A stretch of 64,000 nucleotides of DNA from Phoronis australis (taxonomy: Eukaryota > Animalia > Phoronida). The stretch is from the NCBI GenBank assembly GCA_002633005.1, contig NMRA01000115.1, positions 180,309 to 244,308 on the forward strand, written 5' to 3'. Positions 12,601 to 22,828 of this stretch are shown one piece after another. The first letter of the stretch is position 1. Each line of letters begins with the position of its first letter. The position numbers were made by a program, and so were the translations under genes. The notes beneath the pieces are model-generated. The model saw only the letters and a list, made by a program, of their open reading frames with translations. It was not told where the DNA came from and ran no database searches.

Positions 12601-15600
12601 CGGCCTTCTGTGTCGCCCTCAACCCGCCGTTTGGCCTGGTCCGCGGAAAACCACCACCTACACAACTTACATATATGCTACTGTGTGAGACATTAGAGCA
12701 TCCAATTGTAGGTTGGTGTCTTGAAAAGTATTTGGTCAAAATTATTTGGCATTTTTGTACAACCTTTGTCGCAATGAATTATCGTTTTTGTCAAAATTTA
12801 CTAAGATTTTAAAGTGATCTTATTGCGTCAAGCCGCAACTTGTTTATTTGTAGATAGAGCTGTACAGTGAGTTACCGCAATTTCGACATAGTGCGCGGAG
12901 TGAAACCTGCCGAAATGTTGTCGAGATTGAACCAGAAGTGAAACGGATTATAGTGTTAAAGAAATAGATATTTAGCCGCAGTTCTGTAAGTGGAAACGTT
13001 TTTTTTTTAATTTCGAAGTTGTCTATTTTATTTTGAGGAACACTGTACATGATTTTCCCTTATTTTAAAGTACAGTTCACTGAAAGATCATCACCTGGTG
13101 ACCTATTGCCAGCTCCGTCCCCTTGAGGAAAGTCACGTGACACCCGACAAACAAACAAGTTTTACCCGACAACGTGTTGTTTGTCTGGTAAAATGGCGGT
13201 TTGGAAACGAAGGTGTGTCAAGAATGATGCGTTCTCATTGGTCAGTGAAGTCGTCACTCAAAATCCTGGCGAAAAAGGCGAGTAACCGTTTGCTAAGGAA
13301 ACCTGTGCAGTTCTTCGCATTGTGTCATACTCACCAGAATCAGATGGAGGTCGGTTGCGAGACTGTAGTCCCAGGTCTGTAAATAGAGAATATCGATTAG
13401 TGGGCCACGGGATAACTCGTGGAAATTACACTAGTTGAAATCTTCTACTAAAAATGAACACAATTTTAGAAAGAGCATAAACGTGTATGGAATTTGAAAC
13501 GGTCCAAGGATGAAAAGAACGTTGGCAACCAAGCTGACAACAGAACGACCATGGAATGTATTCCAATGGGTGCTGCCGATTCGCCTTGCCAACCGGTTGG
13601 TATCTTTGACTGATTATCAATGACGACTTCCTTGTTTTAAAGCCATCGGGTGCTTTAGGTGGTCGACGAAATCAACCAGGCACTGCCGTACTCTTACCAA
13701 GTACAATTTTTTATTTTTCCAAAACCTTAAAACAAACATATTAAGTTTCCTTTATAATCTTTATGTATTTCACCTTCGTTGGGTAAAGCAAAAAAAGAAC
13801 GCCATGCGCACTTTCAGAAGCAAGTATCCGGACAAATTCGTCTAGTTTAGAACAACGCTGTTCTCTTTTAAAAAGTGTTGAGAAGCTTTTGTATAAAAAT
13901 AGGATAGTACTACAGTTGGTTGGTATCACAAAGTACCAATTTATTTTTCACGTACCGATGGGACCTTGTTGTTCAGGAGCACATTGGTTGAGACACGTAA
14001 TTGCTTGACCCATGAGTACCATTTGCCAACAAGACGTGTTCAGTCCACATTTCACGAACCACTTGCCAATCTGGGATGAAGCATGCGCCATACACTTGGT
14101 GTCACAAACGACAAATTCCACCACCTCTTCTAGATCTGTAAACACATTAAGTAGGACCCGTTTCTATGCAGTGCTGAAACAGGTAAGCGTGCAGTTCTTG
14201 AAGTCATTGAATAGCACTTTCCCTTTTTTGATGAAATATTATTGTTTAAGTTCATAAGTATTGCAATGAGATAAAGAACGCATCACACCAAATCCTCGTT
14301 TCTACAGTCAACTCACCACCCTAATATCGTACCACCTCCTGACTTCATACACTGTCTACACGAGGCGTGTGATGACAAACGCGGCCAGTCGGTGGGATGC
14401 ACATTCGATGCCATGATACGTTTTATGTTCTTACAAGATTTGAACTTCCCGGGTAAAGTTCGCCTCTGTTCCTTTAAGCGTTCGTTTCATTGTAACCAAT
14501 AATGCATAAACAGCACATGCGTTGCAATGATATTGCAAGTTTTTACAAACTAACAGATGAAAATATTTCCTCACTACTTGAATAAATTGTTGTACATGAA
14601 AGGATTGAAATTGGATGATTTTTTGAGGTGTGTCACTAAAGATTGCTTGCGACCTGTCACATGGTGTTTCAATATGCATGTAAGTGATCGTTCCATTGAA
14701 AACCCCGGTTACTTAACCCCAATACATTTAGACGCAGTTTAAACCTCGTCTTTATTTCGGGATTACTTAAAGCTTAACTTCGTTTTTATGCTTACCAATA
14801 GTTGGGATAGGAATTGGGGAGCATTTTTTTGTACAGTTCCATAGCTGAACTTCCAGCACCCGTCCCCAACACAGGAGGTCACTCCCACACTTGGCTCTCC
14901 ACTCTTTCACATTGGCGGTGGAGTTGATCATGCACTGGGCCTCGCATTCGGCAAACTTTGCAACAATTTCTACATACGGTCCTGAAATTGAAGGTAAAAC
15001 AGTTTCATAAACTTTATTCAAATTTAATTTGTTTTCAAATTTCACCTGGTTTTCACTTTGTATTGATGTAAAGCTTCAACAATTACATGTAAGACAAGCG
15101 TTATGCCACATAGAAAATGATGCTGGTAGCAATCCATCGTCCCAACAGGCTTAAGAGAAGACAAAACAAGATGAATATGCTGTACCAAACGAGTGACTAA
15201 ACTTATTGCATTGACTATTTCAAAGATCAAACCTTACGAGACATTCTTCCCTTCTTAGACTTGTTGATGTCGTTCAAGAACTCACCAATATCGATACTAC
15301 AATTCTTTACGCAAGCTTGGAATTTCGGAGTGCTGGCGAACTCTTTCCAGCAGGTAACATTTGAATTGCACTTTAAGGCCAGCTCGAACCAGTTGAAGGG
15401 AGTCATGTTCAGACACTGCACCTGACAAACAGGATTTAAAACGTCCACTTCTGCAAGAAAAGAAGCTGGACGTCAAAATATATTCTCATCAGGAAAGTAA
15501 GCATGATTACAGACATCCCGTGCTTCGCGGGCCACCTCTGGTACATTCGTAGAATTAAATTCCCCTTCTAAAGTCAGTGTTATTTGCGCATTGGCGAACT

Positions 15601-18600
15601 TCAGTCGCACTACAAATCATTCTTCAGCTTGGAAGTCACATGATTTGCCGTTAAACAATACTCTCCTTGGGGGAGGGGTAAGATTTGGGCTACAAAAATA
15701 CCCGAGTTGTTCGGCAGATGACTAATGCGAAGGCTTGCGTGATTTCATCAATTTCGAAAGATTCTGGTCACACGGAACTCGCCTCAGCCAGCTACGCAGT
15801 TCAAACTCTTTTGTCTATTACAGGAGTTTGACAGTGGCCGTGGGACACTTTTCTTTCTTGAATGTTTTCGCTTGACACATCCAGTATCGTAACACTTGAC
15901 TGCCCGAAAGATACACCGTCTCAATCGCCCTTGTCACATACGCGCAAATTGTTTATACAGTTTTTATCTAACCGTTTGAGTAAGCTCCCATTTGCTACTC
16001 GTGTTTGTAAAACTTGGTGAGGAAATTTGCATGTATACCACATTGAGAAAGATGGTTTCATCTCAGTATAATGTGTATATGTGGTTAAAAGCAATTACCA
16101 ATTTCAGATTCTGGTCGATACCGGGAACCCAGAGCTGCATCTGAAAGAAAATGATAATAGTTAAAACAAAACTTTACATCAACTTTTGAGCAACAGATGT
16201 TTGAATCAACGAGGTAGTTACTGAGTTTGTAACGTCTGTCAAGTTGTTTTGTCAACTGTTACGTGCTTGAGCTCAACACATACGGATGTTTAGTGATGAC
16301 GTGTCATGGCAGTAGATGACGCAATTTGGACTCATAAATGCGAATAGACATGGCGTCACACTCGGCCCAAAACGTCACAATGACGTCAAAATGGTGCCAT
16401 GCTAAACCACTACACACGTTCTCGTGATTGTGCAATATTAAAACAATTCACCTATTACTCGGCCGGGGTCTAATTTTTCTACTTGAAATCGAACTCCAAA
16501 CTATTTTTGCTATGTTTCATTATACCGAAAAAATATTCCAAAAATATAAATGACATTTGTTGGGAAGAACTTTTCGATTTTGTGTAGAAATTTTGGACCC
16601 CCTGCCAATAGATGTAGGTATTTTTGTTTGGTTATTACTTGATCTCATTTGACTTGTTGTTTCAGAGGTTTCTTGACGTTTAAAAGCTCCGGGTTATCTG
16701 ACCTAACTTATCTAGAAATATGTACATGTATGGCTACCAAGCCATACTTAAAATGATACTGTCATTCCATTGGAATGTTCCGATATAACTCTCTTGAAAG
16801 GACGTCTGTATACAGTATAATAACCTGGGAAGGCAGTCACTGCTTACCTTCTTCTTTAAGTTGGACAAGTTCACCGAAAACATATTGCTCTGGAAAAATA
16901 AAAGAGATTAGTTGTGTATCAAGGAAGTGACAGACACTTCAGAAATATGGCGACATATTGGAGCATTTTGGAAACTGATAATTGGACGCAAGAAGACTAC
17001 TCTTTCGTGAGTGAGATTTGTTCGTGCATAGCCGTGATACTATCGTCCCTATTCGTGTCTTGCGCTTCCTGGTAATGTTGTAACCAAACATTCACTCAAA
17101 TCTAGCACACCTAGCTTCGTGACCGACCACCACGCCTCACTCCAGGCTTCAAGTAAACCTTCTCGATGAGATTTATTAAATTTTGAGGATTATTTGGTGG
17201 TCACGTGTCCTGAGGTACAAGAAGGGCTTTCGCCGTTATCAAGTCACTCGTGACGTCACCCTAAGAAAAAGTGAGAATGAAACAGGCCTTGCGACCTGAA
17301 GCTGCGTTATGGACGAGTCGAGTTTTACAGCCCTAGATGATATGGGAATACATTGGAACTTACGGAGCAAAGGGAACTCAGGTGACATGCACTTCCCAAT
17401 GCAATCTACGGCCTTTTCCCCGACCTTTTCTAGCCAACATTTTGGGTCCACCTGACATTCTTGAACCCAAGACTTCACCTCTGATAGAGAAGTACCCATG
17501 CACGTCGCAAGGCATTTGATAAACTGGTCATCTTGCACGTCAGCTGACGAATCTGTGACATTATATTAATGTAATTTAATTTATTGTCGAACTTGAAGTG
17601 ACGATAACCTCTTGACTACGTGTATATATATTGGTTTCCAAGAGAGACTTCATGGGCACGAAAAGAGGAAATACGCAATACAATACAATACAATACAAGG
17701 CAATGCATAACGATATCATACAATGCATTATTAGTAAATGGATTGTAACATGTTAAGGGTGACAAAAGTGGAAGTGCCTACAATTAACAGCACCCTCTCC
17801 TAAGTAAAATGATACAAAAATTGTATACATGCATCGTTATTTTTTGTGAGATGCCAAAAAGAACTATGGCAACTTACAGATGATATGGGAAAAAGTTAGA
17901 ACGCAAGGTATCAATTAATGCAAAATGTAAATTTTAATATGAGAGAGTCTTGGTCTCTACATTTCGACGTTTGTGAACACAGAGATTGACTGACTGAGCA
18001 TTTCTGAGGACAGCAAAAATGAACATGAATCCACTTTTAGTAAAGGTTTTGAAATAATTCAAGGAACAACACTTAAAAGTTCATTTTAGATACAAAATTT
18101 CTTGAAATAACAAACCTTGTGTGTACTGTAATGGACCTGGAGGGAAAATAAAAGAAACTATTACTGTCAACTTTTAAGAAGATTCAGGCAAGACCAAGTG
18201 CGGCACGTCTATTATGCAAAATATCTGGAGGCAATCTTTCATGTGCAGTATAGCAATGGGGTGAACCTATGAAGTGACTTTTAGCATGACTGAACCTTTC
18301 TGAGATGGATGCTAATGTACAGTTGTCCCCAGTTTTAATTCTGAATTGGGTAAATCCCATTCACCAACAGGGGGTGTTCAGGAGTGCATTCTTCAGACAC
18401 AGGAGTATAGCGAAAATGCAAGATCACGTAAATTTTCGAGATAAATTGCAAGCGAAGCGCGTGATCAAAGTAAAGAGAACATTTCCTCCACTATCGCGAA
18501 GTACCACTTAATGAATTCCGAACGAAATTGCTAGGATTGTCACCTCAGGTAGCTACATGATTTCGTGTCCTCCGAATGTGCTAAACGCATGTGGAAAGTT

Positions 18601-18885
18601 TGCAATCTCTACACTTGATAAGCCATTAAAAGTTCCTTTTATACCCAAAAACAAATATTGTACAGATAAGAACACCAGTCTGTACAGTGAAATAATTCAC
18701 CGCGTAGGCGCATGCACTTTAATGCGGATGCACATGTAAGCGCAATTTCATATGCAGGCGCATATGCCTAAATACACGCATCTACGGTAATGATGGTAAC
18801 CTGAACACAAATCAATCCAAGTAAACTTACCACCAATAGTTGTTGTGACCAAAACGGCCAATGTAATTATCACAAACCCTTTCAT
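6670..18885 (-). CDS. Secreted polyprotein with ten exon-encoded 6-Cys modules (unassigned family); at least 710 aa, 3' end unresolved
   Basis: Hand-spliced exons in transcript order: 18831-18885 (signal peptide MKGFVIITLAVLVTTTIG), 18116-18136, 17364-17552, 16848-16889, 16099-16140, 15286-15450, 14796-14981, 13956-14135, 13335-13376, 12378-12566, 12068-12112, 11406-11570, 10987-11172, 10061-10240, 9168-9209, 8334-8498, 7730-7894, 6670-6741. Every internal exon is a multiple of 3 and phase 1-1, with AG acceptors and GT donors (one GC). The joined frame has no stop. Candidate further exons lie near 5955-6009, 5203-5224, 5059-5102 and 4185-4222. Confidence 0.85.
7271..7527. mobile_element. MITE (PIF/Harbinger-like ends)
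   Basis: GGGGCCCGTTCCAAGAAACTGACTTA ... TAAGTCAGTTCTGCTGGAACGGACCCC inverted termini with CTTAAG-rich interior. Confidence 0.6.
7730..7894 (-). CDS. Cys module F exon
   Basis: PPPDQFTLCIESCLNRTYEDMIGLFLRCSTNATCWTEIFGTRYVECLDSCTIPQ; 165 nt; TTTCAG acceptor, GTAAC donor. Confidence 0.82.
8040..8232. repeat. Polypurine GA-rich low-complexity tract (intron between modules E and F)
   Basis: Almost entirely A/G on the plus strand. Confidence 0.9.
8334..8498 (-). CDS. Cys module E exon (GC donor)
   Basis: AGDNRDPIGLCMSMCLHVSYVDVVTLFVKCKWDDECWTNSVGDRGPVCLSKCQK; 165 nt if the donor is AG|GCAAGT. Confidence 0.8.
10061..10240 (-). CDS. Cys module D2 exon
   Basis: DLQQVVQFVVCDANCMYNATSKIGHWFIQCGFNATCWQNAVGRQVVMCLNQCLPEEASPL; 180 nt. 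Confidence 0.85.
10987..11172 (-). CDS. Cys module C2 exon
   Basis: PYIDMAVKFGKCEAQCLVNATVKVDDWKAQCGNNLTCWRDVLSAQLWDCTQKCSPIPIPHI; 186 nt. Confidence 0.85.
11406..11570 (-). CDS. Cys module B2 exon (absent from the ORF track)
   Basis: LDVLNPACQVQCLDMTFLQWFGVALKCNTNAACWKEFAATSKFQTCAKKCSVDV; 165 nt; CAG acceptor, GTGAGT donor. Confidence 0.85.
12378..12566 (-). CDS. Cys module A2 exon
   Basis: EAIPSWLVDFLKCEAECLGKSLTEVEQWYQECQTDAKCWFRVIGLKGVECVGQCIPQEFDVL; 189 nt. Confidence 0.85.
13956..14135 (-). CDS. Cys module D1 exon
   Basis: DLEEVVEFVVCDTKCMAHASSQIGKWFVKCGLNTSCWQMVLMGQAITCLNQCAPEQQGPI; 180 nt. Confidence 0.85.
14796..14981 (-). CDS. Cys module C1 exon
   Basis: PYVEIVAKFAECEAQCMINSTANVKEWRAKCGSDLLCWGRVLEVQLWNCTKKCSPIPIPTI; 186 nt. 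Confidence 0.85.
15286..15450 (-). CDS. Cys module B1 exon
   Basis: VDVLNPVCQVQCLNMTPFNWFELALKCNSNVTCWKEFASTPKFQACVKNCSIDI; 165 nt; GTGAGT donor. Confidence 0.85.
17364..17552 (-). CDS. Cys module A1 exon
   Basis: DSSADVQDDQFIKCLATCMGTSLSEVKSWVQECQVDPKCWLEKVGEKAVDCIGKCMSPEFPLL; CAG acceptor, GTAAGT donor; 189 nt. Confidence 0.85.
18831..18885 (-). CDS. Exon 1 (signal peptide) of Cys-module polyprotein
   Basis: ATG AAA GGG TTT GTG ATA ATT ACA TTG GCC GTT TTG GTC ACA ACA ACT ATT GGT G|GTAAGT: basic N-terminus, hydrophobic core, phase 1 donor. Confidence 0.85.
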
Positions 18886-18935
18886 AATGGCCTGTTGAAA
18901 CTGGATATTGAAATCGTTTTAATGTACGCAGTTAG

Positions 18936-18945
18936 CTTTTATATA
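18936..18945 (-). promoter_or_regulatory. TATA box of Cys-module polyprotein gene
   Basis: Minus-strand TATATAAAAG about 50 nt upstream of the ATG at 18885. Confidence 0.65.
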
Positions 18946-21774
18946 TCTCAACCGAAAAGATTGCTCCAGCACTTGCGTCATTTTAAGCCAAACCATCTGA
19001 TTATTCTTATGAGATTTAGAGGGTGATTAGACCCACCAAACGATTTATTTAGAAACAGTTATCTTAATTTCATTGTGTGCTGTTGCCCAGCTGGTTGCTC
19101 CGTTAATTCGCCCCTGCAAATCCTCTTAGTTCAGAGTATAAATGTTCGCACGTTATCGTTTTCGCCATAGGCTTACATACGCCATTCCTTTCGAGGGTCC
19201 GAAGGTTGACCGCAACTACCGCTGTCACCAATATCAGCCTTGCTCAGTAGAACTCGGGAGGCTCTACTTGTTTGCATTTTGAGGAAAATTGAAGATTTGA
19301 ATTTGTTTGAGTTTTTGACTTAAGCGAAGTACATGTAATACGTACACGCATTTTGCCAAACAACCAACTTTTGATTTGGACAAACAACTGATTGCAACAT
19401 ACAACGGAATACTACAAGCGATTTTTGAGCCTTAGAAGAGCTGACAGTTCGTTTTTTGCTTGACACCATGCTTGCCACAAAAAATTGACCAATACGTACT
19501 CAGGCCAACTTTGATCTTAGTCAGCAGCGAGCTGTAAGGTTCTCCCTAAGCAAATCCCGTGTCAAATGACATCGTCGTATGGAGGTCGCAAAGTACATGT
19601 ATGCAGTATCTTGATTGCGTCTAGTGTACTTGTTCGACACTTGGTGTCTCTGGTGTGGTGTAGCTAAGGATGTTGGGTAATAAAAACATGGTTGTTGTCA
19701 GACGTGGCTAGTTTTCTCTCTGACTTTACTAACCAAGTTACCGCAATGTATTGTTTAGTTTGCGACATCCAAGCGACGGGCGTAAGCTCGTTGCATGGTC
19801 ATCGTCTTTGAAACACTTCCATTGTGTTCCTTTGTTGCATCTTTGTTGGACATAACAGTACAGATGGCATGGATATCGTACCTTGGGCGCACATCAGCCA
19901 GTTAACGATAAATGCTTGCCATTATCTTTATTATAAGAAAGAAAAAGAAAGTGAGCAATTGATACGTCTATCTATCGATATTTATACGGGAAACCTTCCG
20001 AATTTGAAACTATTTAAACAAACCGCATTCTTAATATTAAGAACAGATCTAAATACAAACTACTGTACTTTCTAAACGAAAGGCAAGCTCGTAGTGTACA
20101 TGTAGTTTTACCATTCAAGTTTAAAATCATCTGCATTGTGACGTGACATTGATTTTGAAATATGTTATTGGCCACCCCTGTAAAAGTTTATGTTTTACTT
20201 AAGGATGAGGTCATTGATGGCTTTGTTTAAAAGATGAATCTAATGTTTTGCAAAACCTTTATAACCATTTGCTTAACATTTGAAGGGTTACAAGACGCAC
20301 TGCGTTTAATCAGGAGTTCCTTGCGTTAAAATAGACGACGAATCCACTAAGCATTACTCATAGTGTCAAGTCCAAAGCTGTCGCCCATTAGCTCGTTGCA
20401 AAAACACTATGGCGTGGAAACATATAAAGATTTTTATGGTTAATGTCGAGTACCGTTAAAGCCAGTTGTGATGGTGTGTATCAATCAATTGATATTCCTA
20501 TAACTTATACAACGCCTGTGTGAATGCGCGCTGAAGTGGTCGCGAAGCTCAGACCAGTGTTTTATCATGTACCGGCTAAGGCAAAACCTTGGTTATTGAA
20601 GTTACAACAGTGTTTGCGCCCCTGCTGAAGTCAGATTGGGACCTATCATGTATTGTAATCAACGCTGTTCTGGCACAGCAGATGGAGTTTGGCAAGAGAA
20701 CCCACTCCAGCAAATTTAGACTGCGACATCTCACAGATTACTTGAAGTAGGTGCAAAGAGATTGTCGACCAGCCAGTTTGTGTAACAGTCCGAGGTGTCT
20801 GAAGGATACCTGAATTTCCTGTAAAATTTCAACTTCCTGGAGGTTCCAAGAAGTAAAGTTTAAAAAAGCCACGCTTTGACAAAAAGTGGGTTAATGGGTC
20901 AACAATTAACTGACAGTCATTCTTTCAGAAGAAACTGAAAATTCAATAAAGAAAATGCCATTCGTAGCCTTCACAAGAAGCGAAAGCTTTAAATTCCCAG
21001 TCAACCTAGCGGGCGCCACTTTGTAACGAAATTGGTGCAGGTAAACTCAACACTGGCTCAAAAAAGCAATAAAAAACTATTGAGTGCCACCTAAATTAAC
21101 GGCGTCATGGTGCTGACATTTGCAGCAGTTGTCCAACCACCAACTGTGTCCGGTTGCACGAAAAAGTCCTAGCAGTTACATCTGTATGCGCCCTATATTT
21201 TCAGCACATTTGAGTGCAGTGCAAAGACTTTCGTCTTTTGTTTTATTATCTTCATTACTGTATAACATAGCAAGAGGCTAAATTCCCACGTTAAGTTCTC
21301 AATATTATTGAATAAAAAAGGTACATTCTCATACAATCACCGAACCTGGTCCATATTTTTTATTGCAATAAGTGCTCATGTTCAAGGCGCAGTACTAAAA
21401 ATGTAACAAGTAGAAAAGGAGCTGAAAATAAAGAAAGTCTAAAATTCGTTTAAATTGAGGGGACATAATTGAGTACCTATTGCGCTGTTTCGTGCAATAG
21501 GTGACGTTTTTATCGTTACTTGATTTGAAATTGGTTGCAATAAAACGCATGGAATTCTCTGATGGCCAAACGACTTCAGCGGCCAGAAACTGAGCCCGGT
21601 TTGAGAAGCAAGATGCGGGTAATCTTATACAAATAATTGCACGTTGTAGCAGACGTGCACAGTTGGGTGCACTGATCAACTGGAATCATTTTATGCTTTT
21701 TTAGTATATACACCTCTGTAGTTAAAACCGAGCTGAGGAGCTAGAGACCTGACTCAGTGTTCTAGCGGCGTTCC

Positions 21775-21837
21775 CCAGGTGGGACTCCAACCAGGACCTT
21801 GAGTAAATGAAGTGACACTTATCCCACTAGGCCACAC
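21775..21837 (-). mobile_element. tRNA-derived SINE-like head
   Basis: Minus strand GTGGCCTAGTGG (A box) ... GGTTGGAGTCCC (degenerate B box); no complete cloverleaf seen. Confidence 0.45.
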
Positions 21838-22828
21838 AGCCTCCTCTAAGTCTGGTCAAACCCGGTTCTGGTCTATTAACAGATACTAAAAACGACTTTA
21901 CCATCCAGTTCTCTGAAACAATAGTGCTCTGTAAGCTTCGACAACCTTCAAAAGTTTGGAGGGAAATTTGAAAACTCCTTTCAAAGTGCATGTATGCTGA
22001 ACGGGGAAGAGTGACTTCCGCTTTTTGCGAATTTCACGGCAAACTGTGGGGAATGACCACCTATCAAGACCATAATGTCCAATCTGTGATATTGGGAGAG
22101 TGCCTTAGTTTTTAGTAGATTCATGGTTTTGACTCGGAAGGTTGACGCAAAAGTTGAATTAGCAAGTGACTGAGCAAGGCTCTGTTGAAATCATCAACAC
22201 AGGGTTTAGTATCCTTTTAAGCAAAAAATAACATCGTATATCAGTTTTGCTCAAGCCTACAAATCATGTCTGATCTTAATATTGGATAAGAATATACATA
22301 TAAACCTGCGCGTGAAATAAGCACTTCGGGGTCTGTCGCAGAGACGCCTGCGTTCACAGAAAATTATGTTGATTTTTATCAGTATCAAATGTTTGCATAG
22401 ATTAACGTCGTGGGTCAATTTCACGCACTATCTTGCTACATGATCCGTGCATTAATTTGTTTACAAACACATTCTTAGACCAAATAATGATTGCCATTTT
22501 AACAACCTACCGAAGTGCAGAGGAAAAATTCGCTGTGTGATAAATAATTAAAATCTATTTAGGTTACTTATCTTACGATTATACATACATTTAAGATTAG
22601 CAAGGGACGTGATATCAATATCTTATGAACTATTCCAAACTCAGAGCTTAAACGGTGATGGACTTTTTAATTTCGTAGGATTAGCTTTTCGCATCTTGAA
22701 AAGGATTTCTGTCTGTATGATGCTGACGTTACTTAGTTGACGACAAACCGAGTGAAGTATTTTATAATTGCCAACCTTCTTAAAATGTGGTGAAATCTTC
22801 TCCAAATTTCAAACGAACTAGGCAGAAC

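Noticed and set aside
7730-17552. Calling the Cys-module gene prosaposin or metallothionein
   Set aside because: Modules are shorter than saposin B domains and have CX3C at both ends rather than CX2C/CX5C. The signal peptide, sequons and hydrophobic helices do not fit metallothionein.
20340-20800. Coding-like sequence between the divergent genes
   Set aside because: Frames are interrupted by stops and no family motif was recognised.
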